Source: Thalia democratica (lineage: Eukaryota). Taken from it: a stretch of DNA of 64,000 bases. Shown one piece after another: positions 48,551 through 62,699 of this stretch. The notes under the pieces are model-generated. The model was given only the letters and a program-made list of their open reading frames with translations. It did not search any database and was not told the origin of the DNA. Within the stretch, counting starts at the first letter, position 1; each line of letters opens with the position of its first letter. A program made the position numbers and the translations under genes. The stretch lies in contig OZ241828.1 in NCBI GenBank assembly GCA_965202585.1, positions 27,838,001-27,902,000 on the forward strand, read 5' to 3'.

Positions 48551-51500
48551 ATTTTGTTATATTGTTTGAGACATTTCCTTTGTTTTGGTGACTTTGGTCA
48601 CAACATTATTTTATTTTTGAATTTGAAACATTTGATTTAAAGATTACTCAGGGTTTCTTAATTTTGGAGAGTTCTAAACTTCTTTCAAAATATTTTCGTG
48701 TAGTTTATAATTTTAGTTTATTATTTATTAGATTAATAACTTTTGTTTTAATATTCTATTTAAATATGATTATTTTTGGTAGTGTTTTATTATCCTAGAA
48801 ACCTCATACAAGTTTTAGTTTTTTAAAAAATTCGCTAACACTTTGTTTTAGTATAATTATTAAGTTACGCTTTGTATCATTTTAATTGCATTATAAACCT
48901 ACAAAATAAAGGTCTTCATTATACTTCTTATATACTTTATACTGCAAAGTGGGTAATCAGTTTTTACAATGTTTTGGTTTTAAGGAATGTTTAAGGTTAT
49001 ATAATTTTATTTTCTTTAACTAAAAAATTAAATAAATTGAAATAAAGTCTTGTTTTAGTGGTTTTTATGAAAAAAAAAAGTAAAATAAGAATAGTTTGCG
49101 GTTTTATTTAATTGTAAAGCAATAGATAAAACTGAACAAATGTTTTTAGACCTTTAGAAAGCATTAATCTACTTTATTTTATTATCTATTTTACAAACTT
49201 AGAAGTTTTAAGACAATTTTACAATTTTATTCGTTATTTTGATTTTATTTAATAAACTGGATAAAAAATAACAAGTTACAAACATCACTATAAGTTCAGT
49301 GTTTTACCTTAAAAAATTGCTTCTTAACTTGGAATAATTTAATTAGTTATTTTTTTTGTATAGCTTCATATTTATATTTACTGATTACCTGTTTTGGATC
49401 ACATTCGTATTATTTGGGTTTTTTTATTATTTTTTTTGTCGAGGTTAAAGTTACTTAAAATCGTCTAAAGTTTTGCACAGGATGTTTTTAGAATATTGCC
49501 CAAAAACAAAGTTTTTTAAGCCGCAAAACTAAAAATGGATGAAAAAATAAGCACCCTAATTAACATACACAAAACCACACTAAGTGACTATTCTCATTCA
49601 CCAAGCTTAAGAATTACCAGGCAAAGATTAAAACGCACTCTAGCTACAAAACAGTGCAGAAAAAACAGATCTAATATATTTTGCAGTAAAAGTAAACGAA
49701 TGTAATTTATTCTTTTGAGTGAATCGTGACGTCATGATTATTCAAAATACAGTTTCACCCTTACAAGTAAAATTATAACTTTAAACTTTTTTTCAAACAT
49801 TTCCACTTGATATCTTTCATTTTATAAAAAACACTTTACATATTTCATTTGCTCGAATATAAAAGAAATTAAAGTGGTACATATTTTGATATTTTTATAT
49901 AATTTAATGATTAATAAAATGATAGTTAATAATTGTTTTGTTATACTTATTAGTTAAAAAAAAAAGAGATCTAACAAGCATTTACACTGTTTTTTGGATA
50001 ACTGATTTAAAAAAATATATATCAATAAACTAGTTTTTTTTGTATTCAGTTAATGAATCTTAAAGTACTTCAAGTAAAATTGATATTTTTATCTATGTTA
50101 ACTATTAAAAAATTATAATATGGGTTTATATAATTTTTTATTTTTTAAACAGCTATTTTAGAAATAATTGATATAATTCAATTTATTTTCATATCTCGTT
50201 TATTGCATTTTATAAACCGTTAAAACTAGAACAAAAGGTATATGTGAAACTATAAGATCAACGAGAATTTAAATAAAACAAACTTAAAATAACTCACTGA
50301 GTACTATATGACGATTTTCTCATAGTACTTGAAATGGAGATTCATCTTTGAATAACTTTTGAAAATGTCGTCAAAACTAAAACTTTTAATACACAAAATA
50401 TTCTGAACTTAAGATTGTTTTTTTATAGTAAAGTGTTCAGAAGTAATTTTTCGGTATCTTAAAAGTGTAAAAGTTTGTTTTAAGTACATTAAACTAAACT
50501 AACGCCAGCGTAAAAAAAGCTAAATTTATGTTTAAAAGTAGCTGATAAAAAGTATAATATTGCTTCTTCAAATAAACTCAGACGTTATTTTATAAAACAG
50601 CTTATAAGTAAAAACTTTTCATTAAAATCTTTAAAGAATAATAGTAAGCGACTAATTTTTTCAAGTAATTAGAAAAAGTAATTAATAGAAAATTAAAACT
50701 TTGTAAACTTACAAACTAGCATTTAACACAAGCACTTGTTAAATACATTGACAAAATTTTGGTTTTACAAAAAATAAACATTATAAACTAACCAAAGTGC
50801 AGTGTTTCTTAATATATACAAAATTACCTAAAAATAAGTTAAACTCATTTTAAAGTCTATTTATACCTTGAAGTAACACACTTTCAAAAAACCTTAAAAC
50901 TTTTAGAAAACAAGGTTTTAAAAACTTATCTGTAGAAAAAGGAAATAGAAAAAAAGAGATTATATTCAATGACAATAGTAACCAATAGTATAATTTAAAT
51001 GTTTAACAACAAGGGTGAAAACTAGTACAACTGCTGTAACTAATTTACTCACTATAACAATTAATTCTCTATACTTCAAGGTTTGTAAAGTGTAGGGGCA
51101 ACATTTAAACATTTTTCTTAAATTGAGCAATTATGAAAGTAAACTTGAAAAAAAGTGGTTTAAACAACCAACGAATATACTAACAGAACCAAAGAACAAA
51201 AGAGTCAACTATTACCTAAAGTAATTAAGGTTACAAAATTTCTTAAGCACTGCGTATTTTCACGGTGTTAATTTTTTGAATTGTTATTTAGATTCAAGAT
51301 TGCGATAATTTTATAACCGTAGTTTTTTGAATCTTTAAAATATAGTTTGTTGTTACATTTTATTTAAGTTGTATAAAATAGTTTAAGGTTCAACTTAATG
51401 CATGAAAGATTAAAAAAAACTTATTTGTTTATCCACCAAAAAACTAGAACAAATAAACTCAAGTGAATTACAGCTCAACTTCTTTCGTTTAAATCAATTC

Positions 51501-54031
51501 TAAACAAAAGTATTCTTAATTTTTAATCGCAAGGCTTACATTATAAGCTAAAATACAAACAAAAAGCAATCACTGAAAAAAACTAGTTTTAAAAATCCTT
51601 AAAACAGTAATTAGTATCGATGAATAACTTTAATGATATGTTTTATTAAAAACTACAGTTTTTTTAAATAAGAAAAGTTATTTTTGCTAGTTGTTTGAAT
51701 AATGTTTTACTAGTTATTTAATTTATACGTTCTAGCAAGAGTTGTAAAACTTACAGTGTTGACTAGCGTTGAACAGTGATTACGCTAAAGTTTATCATAA
51801 CAAATTACATGCATGAATAACTTTTAAAAGCTACTTTTTTTTGAAGATATATTTAAATTTGTTGCTTGGATTAGATCCAGTTTTAATTAGTACTTGTTAG
51901 AAACAGACTGATGATAATATACCCAGTTTTAATTTATATTTTGTTAAGATCACAACAATCAAATAATGCTATTTACACACATCAATCCTTTTTTTAAATT
52001 ATATAAATACAGAGTTGTAGTTTAGTTTAATTTTAGGCTAATTTGTTAAGTAAGCTATCACTTATAGTAAGAAAAAAATTAATGAACAGCAATTATTAAT
52101 TTTTATAGATGTTATGAGCTTTTTTATTTAATCATGTTTTATAAAAAGAAAATTTCTGCCCTATGAGGAGTACTACTTTAATAAAACTTTTTTTTACAAT
52201 CTTTAATAATGTCTTAAAAGATCAGGGTTGCTACTTGCACAGCATGGTGGCCAATCTAAACTGAAATACTGAGATAACTTACAATTTGAAAACCTGGATT
52301 AACTTATTTTTGAACATTTTTTACATGAGAATCATAAAACCTAGAGTAGAAAAAATAAAGAACTTTTATAAACCTAAAATAAAGTATGTTTACTTTTTTT
52401 TTTTTTGAAATAAATTTTTTATAAAAAATAAGGTTAGTAGCTTTATATTCAATCTATACTAAGTATTAATTTTTAAACTTTAAATTTAGTTTTCTACTAG
52501 ATAAGAGACGAAAAAAACTTGTGCTTTATAAAACCTTATCATTATCCAAAAAAATTTAAAAAACAAGTGGCTACCTGTCTCAGACCATATTAATGTTGTT
52601 TGAAGATAAAAAAAGTGAGATCATTATTTGTTTAAACTTAAACTAACTTATTGAGTTGAATTGTTTATAAATTGATTATTACTAGTAGTTTGAAGTTTAT
52701 CAGGTTTTTTTTTAGTTTATTCATAGTTTAACAACACTTTAATTTTATAACTTGTTTTTTAAGTTGCCACTCCAAAAGGACATCTTAGATTACTTCACAA
52801 TTTTTGAAAATCTGAGGCTATTTCAGGTATATTTTCTTTGCCTTTAGAGAATTTTTGTAATTAATAGTTTTTTAAATTAAACTCTTTTAGAGGTAAAGTT
52901 TTTTTTAATATTTACATTTTTTGTCTTTTTTAAATTTTTTTACTTTTAATAAATCTTAATGGTGTGATGTAACTCAGGCTGAATTTTTGTTACAAAAACT
53001 TGCAACCCTGTTAGAAACTCAAAGTTTTTTTTTATTAATTTTAATTAATTTTTACTTTGACTACCCCTAACCTTTACCTTCGGTCGGTAGCTTTTTTTTA
53101 AATAATAACTTTTATTAGTCATTATTTTACTTTTACTTTTACTATCACTGTTATTGCTAGCCCTTGCTATCGGTCAGTAACTTTTTTTCTAATAGTTTTT
53201 CCTTTAGTTAAATTTTTTCTGTTATTTATTATATACATTTTTTACTTCTTTTTTTTACTCTCGTGCAAGTTGTAACTCCTGCAAAAATATGCCTTGGTTT
53301 AAATTTGTCTTTGTGCAATTTTATCCCCGTGTCTAATTTTGTTTCCTCCTGCAAAATTATTATAGTTAAATTTTGTCATCGTGCAATTTAGCCCGTTCAC
53401 CTGAATAAAATTTGAAACTGTTTATACAGTTTACTGCTTGTGCTTATAAATCGTGAAAAAAAGACAGAATGGCATTGTAGCAGTTGTCTTCTACGATTAT
53501 ATTTTATTATTTTCTTCAATAACCAAGGGGAAAGTTAAAAAAAAACTTATGTATGTAGTTTGGAGAGCTTCTTTTTCTCACTAAGTTGATAATGTAATAA
53601 ATAAAATTAGGTAATATAAGTGTTTTCCATGTTGTACAAAAGCTGTCTACACTGCAGTAATAAACTAAAATTTCAATATTTTTTTTTTTACGTATATAAT
53701 TTTACATGTAGTTGATATTGTTGATTTTCTGTTATATTTATTAATGTTTATGTTTTAAAATTAAACTTGCAGAGAAACATTTAAACGAACTAAAAAATAT
53801 AAAATAAAATAGAATATTTGTGAGAACTTTTTTACTTAAAAAAAAAATTGTTTTTGCACACCCAATTGTTTCATTTACAGACTAATGTACAGGACACTCA
53901 TATACTCAAACTTGGAAATACTTGTTTACTATATACTTATTTAATATGTTGAGTTGATTAAGGTTTGTAGATTGATAATTTTAAATATAAACTTATGCAA
54001 ATGTACGAGTAAAAACTGTCAGACACTCATA

Positions 54032-54374
54032 CAGGGTCGCCACTTTACCTGGAAACCTGGAAAAACCTTGAAAAACCTGGATTTTGATAATTTAGGCTAA
54101 AATAACCTGGAAAAACCTGGAATTTTGAATAATTTTAACATTTTCAATTGTAAAATTTTGATTTGACACAAAAAATCTATCATATAATTAAATTTCATCA
54201 CACATTTTTTTTATTAAAAAACACATTTAAAGTAACTTTACAGTATCTTTTCAATATTTTTATACTATTTAACACAGTTTCTTAATTAGAAATTAACTTA
54301 AAACTAAAAATAGACCAAAAAATGTGTACTTTAAAAACCTGGAAAAAAATTGAAAAAAACGAGTGGCAATCCTG
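54032..54374. mobile_element. CAGGGTCGCCAC...GTGGCAATCCTG MITE
   Basis: TIRs plus AAAACCTGG subterminal repeats; flanks CTCATA/CTAATA. Empty site GACACTCATACTAAG at ~40069. Confidence 0.85.
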
Positions 54375-57300
54375 CTAATACTAAGCCAGGCTAATTTGAA
54401 GGTTTAGAAAATGTATATGGTAGATTATTTTCGAGTTATGGCTTGTATCAACTATATTTTTATTCGCTTACAAATTCCAGCCAATTTAAGCTTGCTCTTT
54501 TTCCTCAAAGACCAGCCATTCTGTTTTTATACATAATCTATGAAAGTTTCATTGTTGCTATTTTTACAGGATTATTTTTAACTGTTCTTAAAACTTTAAA
54601 CCTTGCAGCTCCTCTGCTGAAAAATAATAATTATGTTTATAAAAAAAATCTAAATGCACACTACCTCAAAGTTAAGATAAGATTGAATTTTTTTTTGAGT
54701 CAATTTTATTAAGCTCAGGCTGACTCAAGCTACTTTGAAGTCACTCAGAATAGTTTTTTATTACCTTGATTGTTTTTTTCTTTAAAGAGTTTATTCTCGA
54801 TCTTTATTAACTTGAGAACTATAAAAAAAATGAAAACAATGAAATGTCCAACTAAATAATGAATTTGAAAGTAATAAAGTTATAATCTGTATTAAACTTC
54901 ATTATCAATGTTTTACTCAAGAATGGCCTGCTGGGCAAAGAAAAAAATTACAAAATTGACACATTTAACAAAAAATTTAAGCAATAACTCCACTTAACTT
55001 GTCGGTTTATGCAATTTTCAACCAAACTGTTTTAAGGTTCCCAAAAAAAAAAAAACAGAAACTCATACAAAACTTATCACAATAATTACAGAAATTTTTT
55101 AGTTTCTTTCATAAATATATAAGTATTTCATTATTTTTTAAAAATTAGTTCTTCCTGTGTAGTTTCTGATTCATGGGATCTGCCAAGAAATTTAAAAACG
55201 TTTTATTTTTAAATAGTTTTGTGTAATTGTAAAGCCTTAAAAAATATATAAAAAAAGACCAGAAGTACAAAGATGTTGTTTAGAATTATTTTTAAGCAAA
55301 TAAGTTTAGTAAATTACTAATTATAACAGAAAAGAAAATTTTAACGAAAAAATATTGAACAAAAAAGATTAACATATGCTGATGTTATAAGCATTTTTAT
55401 TTGCTTATTTTTATAAAATTAAATTTTCTGCTCTATCTGTAGTACTACTTGAATGAAAATTTTATTTTCAATCTTGAATGATATTTAAAATGATCAGGGT
55501 TGCTACATGCTCAACAAATAATCAGTTTAATCTCCGTTACTTTGATAACTTAAAATTTTAAAGACAAAAGTAATCTGGAAAAAACTGAAATGACTTCGAT
55601 TTTGGAAATCTTTTTACATGTAAAATCACAAAATCTAAATTAAAACTAAACAGCTTTTATATGGCCAAAAGTTAAACATATATTAGATTTAAATATTATA
55701 TTAAAAACATATAGAAAGTAGCTTTGAGGTAATTTTATACAAAGTAAAATTTTTTAATCTCAAACTTAATTTTCTACTAGATAAGAGATAAAGATTAGTT
55801 GTGCTTTTAAAAGCCTTAAGATTAATTTAAAACCTAGAAAAGAATCGAAATAAAAACTAGTGGCCACCCTGACTTAGAACAATTTTTAAAAATAAGGTCA
55901 GCATTTGTTTAAACTTGTATTAAATAAAGATGAATTGTTTTTAAACTGATTAGTTAAAAGTAGTTTGAAAATCATCAGGCATTCTTGAGTTTATTGGAAG
56001 TTTAATGAAACTTTAACTTAATAACTTGTGTTCAAAGTTGCCACTCTAACACGATAATTTAGATTATTTTATAATTTCAAAAAAACTTAGGCTATTCTGG
56101 GTTTTATTTTACCACAGAAAGTTTTTTTTACATAAATTGTTAATTTTATTTTTTTAGTGGTAAAGTTTTTACTTTTTTTGTCTTTTTCAAATGTTATTTC
56201 AACCTTTAATATATCTGGTTGGTTTGATGTAACTCAGGCTGAATTTTCGTTACTAAAACTTGCAATTCTGTTTAAAACTTAAAGTTGTCAAAATGAAAGA
56301 CTCATGTTTAAGTTTTTTAGTTAAAACCGTTACAAAACCAAACTGTTCAAAAACTCAACTAAATTTTTTTTTAAGTTTTCAACAATTGAATATTGAAAAT
56401 AAACTTATGTTTTTCATAGTACTAATATTAATACATATATTCTAGTTAACTGCATAAAACTACTGAAACTTTAAAGAGTTTAATCGCTATGTATTGTTAT
56501 AAAATGTTATATAATTTAATTTTCATTTTATATATAACTTACAAAAATTATTTTCAACAGTTTAGAAGAAATTGATATTTAGATAAAGGAGTATTTAAAA
56601 AAAATTTAAAATGTCCTACAACTGTTTTTTAAGCTCACACTTTTTTACAGATGCCATCCAATGTCCAATGGGAGGTGCTTGAAATTTACTACATCAAATG
56701 GCTACCTACAGCATGCAGAAAAATGAAGGAAAAGGAAATACAACAGTTTAAGAAACTGAAGTAGAAGAAGAAATGACTAAAAAACTGACTAAAACTAAAA
56801 CTGCAGCCCCAAAAAAATTTTTTAATAAAAATTTGGCCCCGTCGACTAATTTCCTGCTGACCCCTGTTTTTACTCATCAAATACTTTTTTTGTACTAGAT
56901 ATATGATTAATATAAAATATGATTTATGACTATTGAGTTATAAGTCTATAATTGATTTTCAAAATTTTACTTGCACAAATCCTTCTTTTAGAAATATCTG
57001 ACTGTAATAATACTCTGCATTATATAATTTTTTCAATTACTTAACACTTACTTTTTACTGTACATTTATTCATTAAAATTAACTTAATATTAACTTAAAT
57101 ATGTTTTTTTTTTAAATGCTTCTGTTTAATTTATCTAGTCTTAAGTTGGCCTAAATATTTTGAATTAATTTATTTATTATATTGTGTAAACTTAATTAAG
57201 AAAATTTAGAAAACTATATTATTGAATAATTCAAGAAAACGCTAACAACTTAAAGGAGTTTGAAAATAATCATTTAAACTTAATAGTTAAAGTATAAATG

Positions 57301-58451
57301 ATTTTTACTAAAATAATTCATTCTATTAGACAAAATTTTAATTTATGCTTTGCATTCTGCATTACTATTAAATCGTTTAATTAAACTCATCAATTAATAT
57401 ATAACTATTAACTTATTTTGTTGAATTCTAAATAATGCATTAGATATATTTATTCTTTTTTAAAGGCGTTTATAACATAATGATCGTTTACAAACCTACA
57501 GCAAAAAATCAAAATATTTTTTTAGCTTATATTAATTAAAATTAATGAAAAGAGAATGGAATTCATTCAAGGTGAACCTAAAGAAATCAGAGCGATTCAA
57601 ACTGAAGCAAGGGATGAAAAACTGGAAAAAGTTCTACAAAATGGTAACTTTGATGTTCATAAATTTATGGTAACATGCGAGATAAAAGGTTTTAAACTTT
57701 ACAACATATTTTTATTTTTCACATACTTAAAACTCCCCTGATAAACCAAACTATAAATATTTTGGAGATAAAATTAAATTAAGTACAAAAAACTAAACAT
57801 TTTATTTTACTTAACTAGAGTTATCTAATTAGACTGTTTTTTTTTTCTTTATTTGCAGTAAAATTGCAAACTATAAATAACTTTATTAATTAATTTTAGT
57901 TTCAAAAAAGACTATAAAATATACAAACTACCAACAGAAATGAAAAATTTGGATTTAGAAAACAATACAAAACATTCTAGACTATCTAAAATTAAGACAG
58001 ATGGTGGCAGTTTTATAAATTTATGCAAAAATAAATCTAAAAAACCATTTGTTTGGGAGAACAGGTTAAAAAGTAAGTATTTATTGTTTCGTTTTATAAA
58101 TTATAAAATTTCATGGTAATGCTGCATTTTTAGTATATATATAGTTTAAATTTTTCTTAACTATTATTATTTTAACAATTGTGTTAATAAAATAAAATTG
58201 TGAATTTAAGTCAACAAAATAGATTTTATTTTCAAGTATTAAGTAAAATAAGAGTTTATAAAATTTTTTACTAAGAATTTCTAGTATTACTATATCAAAA
58301 TATTTGCTTTTAAAATGTGCTTGTGGTCAGCTAATCATAAAAAGACGTTCGTGTGACAATACATTTAAGATTTATTGGGTCTATGCCTAAAAGATTGTTT
58401 ACCAACGCTTTAAATCTTACTACCAGCACTTTCAAAAAAAAAAGATTATTT

Positions 58452-58815
58452 TTAAACAACAGACCTGTTTAACGAAAACGATCTAGCCGAGCAAATTAGG
58501 ACGAACAAGCTGAATTTAAGCGATAAAGTGAACATTAAAACTGTGTCGGAGTTACCAGAACTGAATGGTGGAAACGAGGCGGTGATAAATGAAGTGGCAC
58601 GCGTTTTCAGCTTCGGGAAATCCCTCAAGCTCAAGATTGCTAACGAGAAAAAGGAGCTTGAGATTGCTAATATAGAAAAGATATTAATACGTCTAAAGAG
58701 GAGCTCTTCAAAAAACATCCCAAAAAATCTATCAAAAAAACTCGCAATGCGAGATGTAAAATTAAAACAGTTAAAAGAAAAAATAAAAAGCGAAATTGCA
58801 TTTTCTTTACCTTAA
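58452..58815 (+). pseudogene. Basic coiled-coil coding relic (paralogue 46146-46440), probably TE-derived
   Basis: ELPELNGGNEAVINEVARVF.FGKSLKLKIAN is conserved in both array copies. Copy 1 has a deletion or frameshift. Confidence 0.4.
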
Positions 58816-58930
58816 CTAAATAAAAAGCAATGTAAAAACGTTGGCTACACAGATCGCAAACTTTTTTCCGTTCTAAATGAAAATGTATTCTCAACATCAC
58901 AGAAGTTTATATTTTTCACTGTTTGTTTTT

Positions 58931-60808
58931 CAGGGGGGTATATAATTTTTTTACCACCTAAAAAGGTTCCAAACAGTGTTTAAATCTAACCAAATAATTT
59001 AATTGAGTTGTTCTATTCCAAAAACTAGCCACCAAAGATTTTAGATTGGATAAATCTCTTTTCTCCTTTGGTCTTAATTAAATGAGTCTGCAAAACTTTT
59101 ATTTTTTTTGTTATTTTTGATTTTAAGTAGTAAAAATATTTAGTTTTAATCTTTGGGTAAGGTGGGTTAGAGTTAAGGTTTTAGATTAAATGAGAATTAT
59201 TAAACAATTCTGTTTTTAAATTTTGATAACTTAGGATTTGTAAGTTTGCAATTTTACTTGCAGGTTTTTAAATACATCTCTCAACACTAGTTGTGGTAAT
59301 TGCATTTCGTCTCAATTCTTCAAAAGACTTCCCAATGGAAAACTTACTCTTTGTATTGGTAACTGTTTTTTTAATTGAAAAAAAAGCAATAAGAGGTGAG
59401 TCAACAGTTTGATAAGACATTGCGTTTCATTTAGTTTTGCATTGGGTGTTTTGCTCAGTGCAAACGAATCATTAAATGCAGTTAAGTCAATTGATCGCAG
59501 GCAGAATTCAAATCCTTTTGTGAGTCTTTCAGAACATTTGGTAAAACTTTCTGACAAGAAGAGAGGTGAATTGTATTATACTTAACTAAATGTGTTTTGA
59601 GAGTCAATGAATACTTCTTTCGATACATAGCCAATGTGAAACGCTTGGAAGCCTGTAGGGTGATAAAATTGTTTATGAAGATTTTGAATTTTATAAAAAC
59701 ATGTCACAATTTTTATAAACAGTATAGTGCTCATCGTTTGTCCAAAGAAGATGGAAAATATCAAATGAAAAAAATTAAAAGGAATGTTTACAAGCATAAT
59801 AAACCACATGATATGAACACTTGGCCAGCATCCTCTGATACTAACAGACTAGATCTATATGTAGAAGCAAATGGTTGTTTGCGAAATCACTGTACACATG
59901 ATGATGAGTACCCACTCAACTATTGCACACTCCATTTATCGATCCAGAATGAGTGATGTTGGCAAATATGTTGTTCAATTTGTCACAATTAAAGAACATC
60001 AACGGACTTTAGCATTTCTACAGAGTCTCGTAAAAGTTTACAAGAGTTGTAGAAACCAACGATGAAAACTACATCGGTTGCAACAGGCTACAAATGTTCT
60101 GCTAAAGACATATTTGAACAAGTTGTAATGACTGATAGCACTGCCCGAGATCTAAAAGTGATTGAATATGTGTGTAAAGACCTGGGAGCTGAGCATTACC
60201 TCTGTGACCTGTATCACCTATGTGTTTATAGTGTACAAACAAAAGGCTCAAAAGTATTTCAGGATATTCATGATGGTCTGGGACATGGTAAAATAAAATA
60301 TTAATTTCTATTTAACATCGACTTTTAAAGTGTTTTTTTTTGTGAACTTTAAGCAAAATTTACAATACAAATAGTATGTTTTCCATTAGGAAATTTTTTA
60401 AAGAATGTAGACAAATACAACTACTACAATTGTTATTAGGGGTAGCTTGTAAAATCTGCAAGTAAAACTACAAAATTGCAAATTCTGAGTCAGCGAAATA
60501 AAAAAAAATATTTTAAAAACATTTTCTAGCTACACCCTTATGCCTAATTCACGTTACCCCAAGTATAACATATAAATATTCTTTTTTTAATTTCCAATTA
60601 ATAAAAACATTAAATTAAAAATTTAGCTGTCTCAACAAATTTAGTCCCGTAAGTTTTCGATGATTTTCCAATCCAAAATCTTTGGTGGCTAGCTTTCGGA
60701 GTGAGACAACTCAACCAAATATTTTTGTTTACCAAAAACACAATTTAGAATCTTCTTAGAAGGTTACCCGAGTTGTACTAAAAGAATTTAAAAACAACAT
60801 ACCCCCTA
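58931..60808 (+). mobile_element. Decayed long-TIR DNA transposon with DDE transposase relic, copy 2
   Basis: Ends CAGGGGGGTAT / ATACCCCCTA, with inverted similarity over ~130-150 bp. VVMTDSTARDLKVIEYVCKDLGAEHYLCDLYHL resembles the second catalytic Asp plus C/DxxH region of the hAT/MULE/P/Kolobok transposase group. Apparent splice sites. Confidence 0.65.
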
Positions 60809-61599
60809 GTTTTGTTATATTGATTGAGACATTTTGGCTGTTTCCTTGCAGCTGTGGTCACAACATTACTTTATATTTTTATATGAAACATTTGATTTAA
60901 AGATTACTAATGGTTTTTAAACTTAGTAGAGTTATAAACTTCTTTTTAAAAATTTTCGTGTAGTATATAACTTTAGTTAATAGTTTATTAGCTTTATAAC
61001 TAGTGTTATAATGTTCTATTTAACTATGTTTATTTTTGTTGGTTTTTTTCATCCTATTAAACTCATACAAATGTTAGTTTCTAAACAAATTCGCTTGCAT
61101 ATTGTTCAAATAAAGTAACAGAAAAACACATTTTGTATTGTTTTACTTTCATTTAAAACTCACAAAGTTTACCCTAAAAAAGGTAAAGCTGCGGCCCGCG
61201 AGCATGTAAATGTGGCCCGCCAAAGAAAACTTAGCTTGATTTAATTATTTTTTAAAATTATAGTTATACTAATTTTGTTTCAAGTCCCTGGATATCATTT
61301 AAAAACTGTTAAAATAGTTTACTGCTTATGCTTTAAAATGTGAAAAAAGACAGATTGGCATTGTAGCAGTTGGGCTGAACATTCTACAAATGTGTCGCTG
61401 ATTGGCTGATCTATTTTCATAGAGATAAAACTATTCAACCGTGAATTTTGAACCTAACTACCATATTTTGGCGCCACAAGTTGTTACAAATTAGCAAAAC
61501 ACTCGGTTTGAAATTCGTTAGTGTGTTCTCAAATATTAAACCTTTTGAATACAATTTAACTGTAATACATCTTCAGCTAAGAATACTTATTAAATAATA

Positions 61600-62350
61600 C
61601 AGTGCTTCCTCGCTAATCCGGTCAAGTTGGGCAAGATTTTTTTGAAAATACGGCCGGATTTGCCTTTGGCCGGATAAAAACAAAATATCGCTTTTTTTAC
61701 AAATTATTGGGCCAGTTATTGGACAACCCTTTTCACGTTCCTGACGAAACCAAATTTAAAGGGCGCTGTCTAGCTTGTCAAAGACGCCTCCCTCTACTTT
61801 TTTTGCCGTTTTAGCAGCTCCAATTAGTCCCAGCTCCTCCTTTTCGGCTTTAAACTTTTTGAACTTTTCTTCGCCTCTTAAAATGTCATTTAAAGTTGAC
61901 TTACCAATGTTAAACTGGCTCATTATAACAGCTTTAGGCACATTATTGTTTGCCATTTCGCAAACTTTTAACTTGTTTTCAATTGTTAGTTGAACGTGTT
62001 TTCGTTTCTTTGCTGTTTTATCCATTTTTTAACCAGACATGTTGATTGTAGTATATTAAAGTGTAACTTGCTTAGCAAAGACAGAAAAGTTGCAAATGAA
62101 TAATAAACAAGTTTGTTACAACTGAACGGGAAAAGTATGAAAAAATACTTAAGATTAGACAAGTGATACTTTATTATGACGTAACAATATATTGCTTACA
62201 TACTTATAAAACGTAAATTGAATACTTTTTCGAAGTAAAATGAAATTAAACGCTAAAAACGTTTAAGTAAATAAGTCGACTTCTCGACTAAAACCGGCCG
62301 GATTAGCGAGGAACCGGATTAGCGAGGACCGGATTAGCGAGGAAGCACTG
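61600..62350 (-). mobile_element. Tigger/pogo-family internal-deletion derivative (751 bp)
   Basis: Perfect 22-bp TIRs CAGTGCTTCCTCGCTAATCCGG; TA on both sides. ORF 61756-62025 MDKTAKKRKHVQLTIENKL...FNIGKSTLNDI...FDKLDSAL is a CENP-B/psq-type HTH N-terminus. Confidence 0.95.
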
Positions 62351-62699
62351 TAATATAATTTAGGATTATTTTATTTACTGTTAATATAAGGTTATGAGTG
62401 GTGGGTCCATTATTTTGTATAAAAATTCACAGTAATTACATAGGATGAAGTAGCACTAATATAAAACTGAAATTATATTGAATATTAATGTCTTTTTAAC
62501 CATTATTTTAGGCTAAAAATTAATGTTTAATGCCAAATTTGTGTAAAATAAAAATATACTTTGTTTTAAACAAGCTTTAAATAAATAGTGAGAATAAAAT
62601 TTATTTATGACAAATTAAAGTATTCGATTGATTTTGTTTTACAATGTCATAAACAATATAAACTATTGAAATGATACTAAAAATATATAACAGAACACA

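Larger units (their letters stand above)
53030..61370. repeat. Second unit (and start of a third at ~61180) of the tandem array whose first unit is ~38770-48900
   Basis: Collinear matches 39230/53040, 40510/54920, 41116/55495, 42231/56651, 43043/57545, 46146/58452, 48400/60670, 38790/61180. An extra partial copy lies at 52200-53020. Confidence 0.9.

Noticed and set aside
49560-49760. Slightly GC-richer block with a TGACGTCA (CRE-like) site
   Set aside because: A single 8-mer with no linked gene start is not enough to call a promoter.
560-56880. Remaining 60-110-aa F/L/I/K/N-rich ORFs in the track (e.g. 560, 6067, 10760, 12460, 17765, 23678, 27983, 29109, 30993, 39963, 54443, 56260, 56689)
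   Set aside because: Expected by chance with alternative starts in AT-rich DNA; no motifs, and where paralogous segments exist the frames are not conserved.
46146-59809. Minus-strand ORFs 46146-46370, 46902-47144, 58452-58718, 58667-58900, 59312-59557, 59582-59809
   Set aside because: Antisense shadows of the plus-strand coding relics.
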